Shown: positions 10,604 through 20,500 of the stretch, piece by piece
Position numbering within the stretch: position 1 is the first letter of the stretch
Layout of the letters: each line of letters opens with the position of its first letter
Assembly (NCBI GenBank): GCA_016213435.1
Contig: JACRAL010000028.1
Location: forward strand, 2,196 to 66,195
Direction: 5' to 3'
DNA length: 64,000 nucleotides
Source of the DNA: Bacteroidota bacterium
Lineage (GTDB): Bacteria; Bacteroidota; Bacteroidia; Palsa-948
The notes under the pieces: model-generated
Database searches by the model: none
What the model saw: only the letters and a program-made list of their open reading frames with translations
Told to the model about the DNA's origin: nothing
Program-made: the position numbers and the translations under genes

Positions 10604-10921
10604 TCAACCTTTCAATTTATTCAACACATCAATATCCGTAGAACCAGTATTTCTATAGATCATTACCAATATTGCTAATCCAACCGCAACTTCCGCAGCG
10701 GCAACTACCATCACGAAGAATACGAATACTTGTCCTGCGGGATCATTCCAATAGGATGAAAATGCCACAAGCAAAAGATTCACCGCATTCAGCATCAACT
10801 CTACCGACATGAAAATGACAATTGCATTTCTGCGGAACAATACTCCCAACACCCCAATGCAAAACAATACCGTGCTTAACAGAATGTAATTGGCAATTGG
10901 TATGCTTTGTATTGTACTCAT
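10604..10921 (-). CDS. nuoK: NADH-quinone oxidoreductase subunit K
   Basis: 105-aa membrane protein with three transmembrane helices; overlaps nuoJ by 4 nt. Confidence 0.85.
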   Translation of the reverse strand: MSTIQSIPIANYILLSTVLFCIGVLGVLFRRNAIVIFMSVELMLNAVNLLLVAFSSYWNDPAGQVFVFFVMVVAAAEVAVGLAILVMIYRNTGSTDIDVLNKLKG

Positions 10922-11415
10922 TTGATATCACGTTTTCCCAACATTACTGCCCCGACCATAGCCGCAAGAAAAAGCAATGAAGCTGTTTCAAAAGGCAATA
11001 AGAATTGAGTGAATAATACTTGTCCAAGATTTTTTACAAGACCCATATCTGCGTTGGTGGTTGCTGGCGCAGGCAAGGTTTCCGCTCCTTTCATGGCTGC
11101 AACTAATACCACAAGCAAAAGGCCTGCTGAAATAGCAGCGGCAAATTTTACAAGGTTGCTTTTATGAGGTTCGGTTTCCTTGTTAAGATTCAAGAGCATA
11201 ATGACAAACAGGAACAAAACCATGATGGCTCCTGCATAAACCATAATCTGTACAATAAAAAGGAACTGGGCGTTCAGCAAAAGATAATGACCTGCCAGTG
11301 CGAAAAATGTAATGATCAAATATAAAACACTGTGAACCGGATTTTTTTCCAAAATCACCATAAGTCCGCAAAGTATTGCGAGGAAAGCGAGGAAGTAGAA
11401 TAAGTACATTGTCAT
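10918..11415 (-). CDS. nuoJ: NADH-quinone oxidoreductase subunit J
   Basis: 165-aa membrane subunit in conserved nuo order. Confidence 0.85.
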   Translation of the reverse strand: MTMYLFYFLAFLAILCGLMVILEKNPVHSVLYLIITFFALAGHYLLLNAQFLFIVQIMVYAGAIMVLFLFVIMLLNLNKETEPHKSNLVKFAAAISAGLLLVVLVAAMKGAETLPAPATTNADMGLVKNLGQVLFTQFLLPFETASLLFLAAMVGAVMLGKRDIK

Positions 11416-11418
11416 ATA

Positions 11419-11454
11419 AAGCCCCTCCTAAATCCTCCCCGTTAGGGAGGACTT
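11419..11454 (-). promoter_or_regulatory. 36-bp GC-rich element: 5'-UTR hairpin + AGGAGGGG (SD-like) immediately upstream of nuoJ start
   Basis: mRNA sense reads AAGUCCUCCCUAACGGGGAGGAUUUAGGAGGGGCUUUAUAUG. An identical copy lies at 12126-12161 before nuoI. Confidence 0.6.
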
Positions 11455-11502
11455 AATACCATTTTTATTATTTATTATTTTCTTTTTCATTTTGCAGTTG
11501 TG

Positions 11503-11539
11503 CCCCGCTTTCTCCTCCCCAGTGGGGAGGTCGGGGCTC
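11503..11539 (-). repeat. Nested GC-rich hairpin immediately 3' of nuoI stop (GAGCCCCGACCUCCCCACUGGGGAGGAGAAAGCGGGGCAC)
   Basis: Two nested inverted repeats (GCCCCG/CGGGGC and CCTCCCC/GGGGAGG); an intra-operon stem-loop. Confidence 0.5.
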
Positions 11540-11540
11540 T

Positions 11541-12122
11541 TTATTTTAATCTGTTATGTTGCAACTCTTTACGCTTTTTAAACTCCAATACTTCTTTTGT
11601 TTGTCTTTGTGAAATATCAACGCGTTTGCTTGCTTCCATGGGTTCTACTAAAAGATCTTTTCCGTAAACAAAACGTTGACGCAAAGAATCTGAAGGAACA
11701 AGCCGGTCAGTAAGAAAGATTGATTCTTTCGGACAGGCATCTTCGCAATCACCGCAAAAAATACAGCGCAGCATATTTATTTCATAGGTAGAAGCATATT
11801 TTTCTTCGCGGTATAATTTTTCTTCTCCCGGTTTTCTTTCAGCAGCTACCATTGTAATGGCTTCAGCAGGACAAGCAACGGCACATAATCCGCAGGCAGT
11901 GCAACGCTCGGCACCATTCTCATCGCGCTTCAGCACGTGCATTCCCCTGTACACAGGAGCAAATGGGCGTTTTACTTCGGGATACTGAAACGTTACTTTC
12001 TTTTTAAAGAAGTGGCCCAGCGTGATTATCATTCCGCCAAAAATTGCAGGCAGATAAATCCTTTCCATAAAGGTCATTCCCTTGTTGCTGACTACTTTAC
12101 TTCTATTTGTTAATGATTGCAT
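11541..12122 (-). CDS. nuoI: NADH-quinone oxidoreductase subunit I (2x[4Fe-4S] ferredoxin)
   Basis: Two CxxCxxCxxxCP motifs ('CTACGLCAVACP', 'CIFCGDCEDACP'). Confidence 0.9.
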   Translation of the reverse strand: MQSLTNRSKVVSNKGMTFMERIYLPAIFGGMIITLGHFFKKKVTFQYPEVKRPFAPVYRGMHVLKRDENGAERCTACGLCAVACPAEAITMVAAERKPGEEKLYREEKYASTYEINMLRCIFCGDCEDACPKESIFLTDRLVPSDSLRQRFVYGKDLLVEPMEASKRVDISQRQTKEVLEFKKRKELQHNRLK

Positions 12123-12125
12123 ATA

Positions 12126-12161
12126 AGCCCCTCCTAAATCCTCCCCGTTAGGGAGGACTTG
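12126..12161 (-). promoter_or_regulatory. Second identical copy of the 36-bp hairpin + SD-like element upstream of nuoI
   Basis: 36/36 identity with 11419-11454; ends 3 nt before the nuoI AUG. Confidence 0.6.
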
Positions 12162-12192
12162 AAATCATTTTAATTATTTATTGTTCTCCCTT

Positions 12193-13221
12193 TCATATTT
12201 TCCCGGTGATCCACATCACAATTCCGGTTATTGCAATATTCAATATCGCCAAAGGTATTAACCCTTTCCATCCTAAATTCATTAGTTGGTCATAGCGGAA
12301 ACGAGGCAATGTCCATCGCACCCACATAAATACAAAGATGAAGAAACATATTTTACAAAAGAGAAAAAATGTTCCAAGCAATGCAAGCATATTCGGATCG
12401 TGAACGAATCTGCCGAGGAACGGCATGTTGTATCCGCCAAAATAAAGTGTAGCAAGTATGGCAGAGGAAATAAACATATTGGTGTATTCGGCAAAAAGAT
12501 AAAAGCCAAGTTTCATAGAAGAATATTCGGTGTGATAACCTCCGATCAATTCGCTTTCGCATTCCGGAAGATCAAAAGGAGCGCGATTGGTTTCAGCAAA
12601 TGCGCAGATGATAAAAATTAAAAATCCAAGCGGTTGATACAAAATATTCCAGTGCCAGCCATGCTGCTGTGCTGCGATCTCACCAATGCTCAGCGTTCCG
12701 GTTGTCATGATGAGCGCGATGATGCTCAGTCCCATTCCGATTTCATAGGAGATCATTTGCGAAGAAGCGCGCAAAGCACCAAGCAATGCAAACTTATTAT
12801 TGGAAGCCCAGCCTCCGATCATGATTCCGTAAACTCCAACCGAAGTTATTCCGAGCAGATAAAGTATTCCGATGTTAACATCAGCCACCTGTAAAGAATA
12901 CTGATGCCCGAGAATTGTAAGTGAAGTTCCCCAGGGAATTATAGCGCCCGTCATTAAAGAAGTGAACATGGCAACGGAGGGCCCGAGGATAAAAAGAAAT
13001 TTATTGGAAACATCCGGGATCATTTCCTCTTTCATGAACATCTTTACGCCATCAGCAACCGGCTGAAGGATTCCGAAAGGACCCGCTCTGTTGGGACCAA
13101 GTCGGTCTTGTATAAATCCGGCAATCTTTCTTTCGGCATAGGTAGAATACATTGCAGCGACAAGCGTAATGCAAAAGACAATGACAACAAGAATTGCTTT
13201 ATATATAATGTATTCGATCAT
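12193..13221 (-). CDS. nuoH: NADH-quinone oxidoreductase subunit H
   Basis: 342-aa polytopic membrane subunit with NuoH/ND1 conservation. Confidence 0.9.
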   Translation of the reverse strand: MIEYIIYKAILVVIVFCITLVAAMYSTYAERKIAGFIQDRLGPNRAGPFGILQPVADGVKMFMKEEMIPDVSNKFLFILGPSVAMFTSLMTGAIIPWGTSLTILGHQYSLQVADVNIGILYLLGITSVGVYGIMIGGWASNNKFALLGALRASSQMISYEIGMGLSIIALIMTTGTLSIGEIAAQQHGWHWNILYQPLGFLIFIICAFAETNRAPFDLPECESELIGGYHTEYSSMKLGFYLFAEYTNMFISSAILATLYFGGYNMPFLGRFVHDPNMLALLGTFFLFCKICFFIFVFMWVRWTLPRFRYDQLMNLGWKGLIPLAILNIAITGIVMWITGKI

Positions 13222-13246
13222 TTTCTTCTGTCCAATTATACAACAA

Positions 13247-14266
13247 CTACTGATTATTCGGATTCATCACACCTTGTCCGAGTGCAAATTTACTTTCTTT
13301 CAGATGTTTCTGATGCTTTTCTATATCTGATCTTAAATTTTCCAATGCTTTTTCTGTTTCGTAATGATTTGCCGAGATCACAGAATGATGATCAACATGC
13401 GAAGGCGTTTCTAAAACCCAATCACTTGTTTTCTTGTGGTCGAATCTACAAGAGTTGCATATCCAGTCTTCCACTTCTCCGTATTTATCTTTTCTCGCTG
13501 TAACGCGAAGAACTTCTTCCCCCTTATACCATAAACGAACTTTTCCGGAGCACTTATCGCAGGTGCGATGTGCATCTACAGGTTTTGTAAACCACACACG
13601 GCTTTTGAACCGGAAAGTTTTATCGGTGAGTGCACCAACAGGGCAAACATCGATCATGTTTCCGCTCATGTCTTTGTCAACAACATTCTCAATATAAGTT
13701 GAAATTTCAGCTACATCTCCTCGGTTGATCACGCCATGATTTCTGCAGGAACAAAGCTGATCGGCAACTTTCACACAGCGGTAGCATAAAATGCAGCGCG
13801 TCATGTGAAGTTTAATTTTATCTCCGATGTCTATTTTTTCAAATTCCCTGCGCTTGAATTCATAGCGCGTTTTCATTTTTCCGTGCTCGTAGCCCAGATC
13901 CTGAAGATGACATTCTCCCGCCTGGTCACATATCGGGCAATCGAGCGGATGATTGATCAAAAGAAACTCAGTAATACCGGCTCTTGCTTCCACCACTTCA
14001 GGTGAAGTGATGTTTTCAACCTCCATTCCATCCATGACTGTTTGGCGGCAGGATGGAACTAATTTCGGCATAGGGCGCGGATCTTTTTCAGAACCTTTTG
14101 ACACTTTCACCAAACATGTTCTGCAATAGCCGCCACTCGTTTTTAACTTGGAATAATAGCACATCGCAGGCGGAACAATATCTCCACCGATCATACGTGC
14201 GGCATTTAGGATCGTTGTTCCTTCAGGAACTTCAATTGATTTGCCGTCTATGGTAACTTTAGGCAT
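13247..14266 (-). CDS. nuoG: NADH-quinone oxidoreductase subunit G, short form (2Fe-2S + 4Fe-4S N-terminal domains only)
   Basis: N-terminal 2Fe-2S ferredoxin fold, followed by 'CPICDQAGEC' and 'CILCYRC' clusters. The 339-aa length lacks the molybdopterin-like domain. Confidence 0.85.
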   Translation of the reverse strand: MPKVTIDGKSIEVPEGTTILNAARMIGGDIVPPAMCYYSKLKTSGGYCRTCLVKVSKGSEKDPRPMPKLVPSCRQTVMDGMEVENITSPEVVEARAGITEFLLINHPLDCPICDQAGECHLQDLGYEHGKMKTRYEFKRREFEKIDIGDKIKLHMTRCILCYRCVKVADQLCSCRNHGVINRGDVAEISTYIENVVDKDMSGNMIDVCPVGALTDKTFRFKSRVWFTKPVDAHRTCDKCSGKVRLWYKGEEVLRVTARKDKYGEVEDWICNSCRFDHKKTSDWVLETPSHVDHHSVISANHYETEKALENLRSDIEKHQKHLKESKFALGQGVMNPNNQ

Positions 14267-14270
14267 ATTG

Positions 14271-14933
14271 CTAATTAATCTTTCCTTCTACAATTAATCC
14301 TTTTATTCCATCATTAAACTTCTTTTTGTTTCCATAAGAAGGATGAGGAACTTTATGGCAATTTATTTTTAATTGTTTCAGAATATCTTCTGCTGCGTTC
14401 CCAACAGCAACTACATTTTTAATCTTATAAAGTTCAAGTAATTTAGTTAAATATTTTTTCCCTATTTCAATCTCTGACTGTGTTGGCTTTCTGTTTTTTT
14501 TAGTATTTGGATCAAATGGATTGTAAGGGAATGCATTCCAAAGTAAAGGGCAAAAATTTAAATTAATAAGTGTATTCCAAACCATAGTCGCAGTTTTTTC
14601 TTTTTGAAGATTCTCGTTCAGTTTTACTGTTTTTCCATTCATTTCTATTTCTTTAGGAAACCCAAACAAATCAAATGAATTTATTTTTGACATAATGTTT
14701 TCACTTGTAAAAGGGATACCTGTAATTGCACATCCATCTTTTCCTGGTGCTTCTCCTACAAATAAAGTTTTTGGTTTTTTTTCTTTCATTTGGGTCAAAT
14801 AAACTAACAAATTCATTCTTGTAGTGAAGTACTGAGGAAAATTATCGTCTTCATGATAAAAATTAAAAACCTTTGACTTATCAACTTTCTGTTTTGATAA
14901 TTGGTCAATGAATTTTTCTATATTTTCTGCCAT
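14271..14933 (-). CDS. Uracil-DNA glycosylase superfamily protein (family 4/5-like motifs, no Fe-S cysteines), inserted between nuoF and nuoG
   Basis: Motif A 'GEAPG' ('VGEAPGKDGCAITGIPF') and motif B 'HPSYGN' near the C-terminus match the UDG-superfamily fold. It is tightly packed between nuoF (end overlaps) and nuoG (4-nt gap). Confidence 0.6.
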   Translation of the reverse strand: MAENIEKFIDQLSKQKVDKSKVFNFYHEDDNFPQYFTTRMNLLVYLTQMKEKKPKTLFVGEAPGKDGCAITGIPFTSENIMSKINSFDLFGFPKEIEMNGKTVKLNENLQKEKTATMVWNTLINLNFCPLLWNAFPYNPFDPNTKKNRKPTQSEIEIGKKYLTKLLELYKIKNVVAVGNAAEDILKQLKINCHKVPHPSYGNKKKFNDGIKGLIVEGKIN

Positions 14934-16273
14934 TATGCTTCCTGCAATTTATTTATCCTATAATAATGCTTCACATCCGTCATGTATTTCCCTTTCTTCA
15001 CATATTCTTCAAACTCGCTTCTGAAATGGCGGATGGCTGCAGCCACAGGCCACGCAGCAGCTTCGCCCAGCGGACAAATTGTTTTGCCTTCAATTTTTCC
15101 TTGTATATCCCAGAGCAGATCAATGTCAGCCATTGTTGCGCGTCCTTCCAGAAATTTATGGAGAATTTTTTCCATCCATCCTGTTCCTTCGCGGCAGGGA
15201 GAACATTGTCCGCAACTTTCATGATGATAGAAGCGTGTGAAGTTCCAGAGATTTTTTACGATGCTGGTATCTTCGTCCATCACAATGAAACCTCCTGAGC
15301 CAAGCATGGTTCCGGTTTGGAAACCTCCTTCAGAAAGTGATTCGTAAGACATTAATCTTGGTTCGCCTTTAGCAGTTTTTAGGATGAGTTCAGCAGGAAG
15401 GATTGGCACCGAAGAACCTCCTGCCACCACTGCTTTCAGTTTTTTTCCATTACGGATTCCTCCGCAATAATCATCGGAATAAATAAATTCTTCTACCGGT
15501 ACTCCGAGTTCAATTTCGTAAACGCCCGGTTTATTAATATGTCCTGAAGCTGAAATTAATTTTGTTCCGGTTGATTTTCCGATCCCGATCTTGGCATATT
15601 CATCACCGCTGTTATTGACGATCCACGCAACATTGGCAAGAGATTCCACATTATTAACTACAGTGGGGCATCCATATAAGCCTACTACAGCAGGAAACGG
15701 AGGTTTGATTCTTGGATTTCCTCTTTTTCCCTCCAGCGATTCGATCAATCCTGTTTCTTCTCCGCAGATGTATGCGCCTGCTCCGCAGTGAACGTGTAGA
15801 TCCAGATCATATCCGCTTCCTAAAATATTTTTTCCGAGATACCCTGCATCGTATGCTTCCTGAATTGCTTTTTCGAGGATATGAAACACATACATCATTT
15901 CTCCTCTTATATATACGTAGGAAGTATTAGCACCCAAAGCAAAAGAAGAAATGATCATACCTTCTATAAGGATATGTGGTTTCTTCTCCATTAAATAACG
16001 ATCCTTGAAAGTTCCAGGCTCAGATTCATCGGCATTGCAAACAAGGTAGCGCGGAACTCCGGGAGGTTTCGCAATGAAACTCCATTTCATTCCCATCGGG
16101 AATCCTGCACCGCCTCTTCCACGAATGCCCGATTTTTTCACCTCTTCTACAATCTCTTCGGGCTTCATCTTCAGCGCTTTTTCAATAGCGGTATATCCGC
16201 CATGCGCTTTGTAACCGGCAAGTGTGTCGATGCCTGCTTTATCTAAATCGTTTATGAGAATCTGTTTACTCAT
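14933..16273 (-). CDS. nuoF: NADH-quinone oxidoreductase subunit F (NADH-binding, FMN, 4Fe-4S)
   Basis: 'GRGGAGFP' FMN/NADH motif and C-terminal 'CGQCSPCREG' 4Fe-4S motif. Confidence 0.9.
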   Translation of the reverse strand: MSKQILINDLDKAGIDTLAGYKAHGGYTAIEKALKMKPEEIVEEVKKSGIRGRGGAGFPMGMKWSFIAKPPGVPRYLVCNADESEPGTFKDRYLMEKKPHILIEGMIISSFALGANTSYVYIRGEMMYVFHILEKAIQEAYDAGYLGKNILGSGYDLDLHVHCGAGAYICGEETGLIESLEGKRGNPRIKPPFPAVVGLYGCPTVVNNVESLANVAWIVNNSGDEYAKIGIGKSTGTKLISASGHINKPGVYEIELGVPVEEFIYSDDYCGGIRNGKKLKAVVAGGSSVPILPAELILKTAKGEPRLMSYESLSEGGFQTGTMLGSGGFIVMDEDTSIVKNLWNFTRFYHHESCGQCSPCREGTGWMEKILHKFLEGRATMADIDLLWDIQGKIEGKTICPLGEAAAWPVAAAIRHFRSEFEEYVKKGKYMTDVKHYYRINKLQEA

Positions 16274-16316
16274 TTAGCCTATCCTAAATCCTTCCCAAAG
16301 GGAAGCATTTTTATTT

Positions 16317-16913
16317 TTATTGATGAATATCCGTATGATGCTTAATTCTTTCTTTTCTCCAGTGAGAAACATCTTCCCCTTTGTTTTTGTATTCGTCCAG
16401 AATAGTATCGCATTTTTCAAAAGTCAGATTCTCGTGATATTTTTCTCCTATCTGCATCATGGGTGCTGTTCCGCAGGATGCAAGGCACTCCACGGTTTTC
16501 AATGTAAACATCCCGTCAGGAGTTGTTTGTCCTTCTTTGATGCCTAATTTTTTTTCGATGAACTTTACCAGATCTTCAGCGCCCATCAGCCAGCAAGGTC
16601 CGGTTCGGCAAACTTCAATTACACATTTGCCAACAGGCTTTAGGTTGAACATGGAATAGAAAGAAGCTACTTCATAAACTTCAACAGGTTGAATCTTCAG
16701 AAGTGTAGCTACGTAATCCATCACTTCAACACTTAACCATCCGTTGAATTCTGCTTGGGCAATATGAAGAATAGGGAGGATGGCAGACTTCTGCCTTTTG
16801 TCCGGATAACGCTTCATTATCTTCTCTGCGAGAGCAAGAGCATCGTCTGAAAATCTCACATGCTTCTTGCCGGAATATTTTGAAGCGGATGGATCCTGTT
16901 GCATAGGCGACAA
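16317..16913 (-). CDS. nuoE: NADH-quinone oxidoreductase subunit E (24 kDa, thioredoxin-like 2Fe-2S)
   Basis: 'CRTGPCW...CLASCGTAP' Cys pattern of NuoE; first gene of the cluster in this window. Confidence 0.85.
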   Translation of the reverse strand: MSPMQQDPSASKYSGKKHVRFSDDALALAEKIMKRYPDKRQKSAILPILHIAQAEFNGWLSVEVMDYVATLLKIQPVEVYEVASFYSMFNLKPVGKCVIEVCRTGPCWLMGAEDLVKFIEKKLGIKEGQTTPDGMFTLKTVECLASCGTAPMMQIGEKYHENLTFEKCDTILDEYKNKGEDVSHWRKERIKHHTDIHQ

Positions 16914-17126
16914 ATCTATTTATTTATTTTAGATGGAAACATGATTTTTTTCATGGTCATAAATTTGGGGCTACGCTTATACTTTTAACTTTGTCATCCT
17001 TTTTATCTTTATCTGCTGAAATACGAACCAGTACGAATTTGCCAATGAAAATCAAAATATCAATACACATCGGCTGGTATTAGTAGATTAGTATCAATTC
17101 GTAATTTAGTAGAGGTCAGTATTAAC

Positions 17127-17543
17127 ATGAACAAGAACGAAATAAACTCTAGTAAAGCCCCGGAACCGGTCGGTTTATATCCTCATGCGAGGAAAGTGGG
17201 AAATCTGCTCTTTCTTTCTGGTGTTGGCCCCCGTGAAAGAGGAAGCAAAAAAATTCCGGGCGTTGAACTGAACGCCAAAGGCAAGATTGTAACCTATAAT
17301 ATAGAAGAACAATGCCACAGTGTTTTTAAGAATGTGAAATATATTCTGGAGGAAGCGGGCAGCAGCTGGGATAAGATCGTGGATGTAACGGTTTATCTGA
17401 CGAATATGAAAGATGATTTTCCTAAGTATAATAAATTGTGGGCGGAGTATTTTGCAAATAATCCTCCTTGCCGCACCACGCTTGAAATAAATTGTTTGCC
17501 CACTCCCATTGCGATTGAATTGAAAGTGGTTGCTACTATATAA
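17127..17543 (+). CDS. ridA: RidA/YjgF-family reactive-intermediate deaminase
   Basis: 138 aa with the conserved YjgF/chorismate-mutase-like pattern; abuts ileS. Confidence 0.85.
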   Translation: MNKNEINSSKAPEPVGLYPHARKVGNLLFLSGVGPRERGSKKIPGVELNAKGKIVTYNIEEQCHSVFKNVKYILEEAGSSWDKIVDVTVYLTNMKDDFPKYNKLWAEYFANNPPCRTTLEINCLPTPIAIELKVVATI

Positions 17544-20500
17544 ATGAGTAAATACACAGAATATAAAAACCTGAACCTTCCCGAAATAGGAAAGGAAATT
17601 CTTGATCTGTGGGAGAAAAACCACACCTTTGAAAAGAGCGTTACCTCGCGTGAAGGAGCTGAGCCCTTTGTTTTTTATGAAGGACCTCCATCAGCCAACG
17701 GCATGCCCGGCATTCATCACGTGATGGCACGAACCATAAAGGATTTATTCTGCCGTTACCAGACTTTAAAAGGAAAACAGGTAAAACGTAAAGCGGGTTG
17801 GGACACGCACGGGCTTCCGATCGAATTGGCGGTGGAAAAAACCTTAGGCATCACCAAGGAAGACATCGGAAAAAAAATCTCCATTGAAGATTACAACAAG
17901 GCATGCAGGACAGAGGTGATGAAGTATCAGGACAAATGGGAAGAAGTTACCCGTTTGATGGGATATTGGGTGGACATGAAACATCCGTATGTCACTTACG
18001 AAAACAATTACATCGAAAGTGTTTGGTGGCTGCTGAAAAAACTGTACGACAAAAAACTATTATATAAAGGATATACCATTCAGCCGTATTCTCCTGCTGC
18101 GGGAACGGGATTGAGTACGCATGAATTGAACCAACCGGGATGTTACAGGAATGTGAGGGATACGACTGCTGTGGCAATGTTCCGCCTCATCCCCAACCCT
18201 TCTCCGAAGGAGAAGGGAGAAATCCTCTCCTTTGGAGAGGATTTAGGTGAGGCGTATTTTCTTGCGTGGACGACAACTCCTTGGACTCTACCTTCGAATA
18301 CAGCCTTGGCTGTAGGAAAGAACATCAATTATGTTTTGATTGCTACCTTTAATCGTTTTACGTGGAAGAAATGTTTTGTGATTCTCGCGGAGGATTTATT
18401 TGGGAAGTATTTTCAGCGAATTGCAATTATTGGAAATTATACAGAAGAAGAAATTTTCAAAATACAAAACCCGTCTATTGCAGAGGCATTAAACCGCTTA
18501 GACAATCATCCGAAAGAGAAGAGAATTATTAACGGGCACGAATTAATCGGAGTTATTGTCTCAAGATTCACAGGAAAAGATATCGAAGGAATCCACTACG
18601 AACAACTTCTCCCTTTTAAAGCAAATGAAAAAGTGGAGTTGAACGGCAAACTCCTCCCCTTTGGGGAGGCGGGAGGGGCCGTTATTCTTGGAGATTTCGT
18701 TACCACCGAAGACGGAACCGGAATCGTTCACATAGCTCCAAGTTTTGGCGCGGATGACTTTAGAGTTGCGAAACAAAACGGAATTGGTTCGCTTACGCTG
18801 GTTGACAGGCGCGGAAAATTTTTTCCGGAAGTAAGAGATGATGTTTTTCTCTATGGAGACGAGTATGTGAAAGCAGAATATCTCACGGATACAGAAAAGC
18901 AAATTGAATTCCAAAAACAAAAAAAAGTTTTAGAAGCAGCTGGAAAAATTAAAGAACTGAAAGAATATCTAAGCGTTGATGAGCGCATTGTGCTGAAACT
19001 TCAGGAAGAAGGAAAGCTTTTTAAAAAAGAAAAATACGAGCACAGCTATCCTCATTGCTGGCGCACGGACAAACCTATTTTATATTATCCGCTTGACAGT
19101 TGGTTCGTGAAAGTGACTGAGTACAAAGACAGAATGGTAGAACTCAATAAAACCATCAACTGGAAACCGGCACATACAGGTACAGGGCGTTTTGGTGAGT
19201 GGCTGAACAATTTGCAGGATTGGAATTTGTCGCGCTCGCGCTTCTGGGGAATTCCGCTTCCGATCTGGAGAACAGAAGATGGCAAGGAAGAAAAAATTAT
19301 TGGTTCGGTGGATGATTTGAGAAAGGAAGTTAATAAAGCAGTACAGTCTGGTTTTATGAAGGTGTCCCCCTTTGAAGGGAGTGAGGAGGATGTGGATTTA
19401 CACAAACCGTATATCGACAGAGTATTTCTTGTTTCCGATTCAGGGAAAAAAATGACTCGTGAGTCAGATCTGATTGATGTCTGGTTCGATTCAGGCGCAA
19501 TGCCCTATGCTCAATGGCATTATCCGTTCGAAAATAAAGAAATGATTGATTCTCTCCCCTCTCCTGTGGGAGAGGGGTCTGGGGTGAGGCGGACCGGGGC
19601 TGCTTTCCCTGCCGACTTTATTGCAGAAGGAGTTGACCAAACCCGTGGATGGTTTTACACACTTCACGCTATTGCAGCTTTGTGTTTTGATTCGGTCGCT
19701 TATAAAAATGTGCTGAGCAATGGGTTGGTACTTGACAAGAATGGAAACAAGATGAGCAAACGCCTCGGCAATGCCGTTGATCCGTTCTCCACGCTTGAAA
19801 AATATGGTCCCGATGCGGTGCGCTGGTACATGGTCACAAATGCCGATCCTTGGGATAATTTAAAATTTGATTTGGAAGGAGTAGCAGAAAAGCAAAGAAG
19901 TTTTTTCGGAACGCTTTATAATACCTATGCTTTCTTTGCCCTTTATGCGAACATTGACAATTTCTCTTTTAAAGAAAAAGAAATTCCATTAAAAGACAAA
20001 CCCGAAATTGACCGATGGATTTTGTCAGAACTCAATTCGCTGATAAAATCGGTGGATGAAAGTTACAGCAGTTATGAGCCAACAAAAGCAGGCAGAGCGA
20101 TCGAAACTTTTGTGGACGAGCATTTGAGTAATTGGTATGTTCGTTTGTGCAGAAGGAGATTCTGGAAAGGAGAATACACACAGGATAAAATTTCTGCTTA
20201 TCAAACCTTATATCGTTGTCTGGAAGTGGTTGCGCAGCTTTCTTCGCCTATTGCACCTTTCTTCTGCGAGAAATTATTTAAAGACCTGAACGATATAACC
20301 GGAAGACAGAAAGCGGAGAGCGTGCATCTGAGTTTATTTCCAAAGATGGATGAGAGCTCTATTGATAAACCGCTGGAAGAGAGAATGGAAATAGCTCAGA
20401 AAATTTCTTCGATGATTCTTTCTATCCGGAAAAAGGAAAATATCCGTGTTCGTCAGCCACTTACAAAGATTCGAGTTCCGATATTGGATGATTCGTTCAA

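Noticed and set aside
12286-12621. Plus-strand 111-aa ORF inside nuoH, with many similar antisense ORFs inside nuoL, nuoM, nuoN, ileS and the RND pump
   Set aside because: They are fully embedded antisense to strongly supported conserved genes, with no independent signals.
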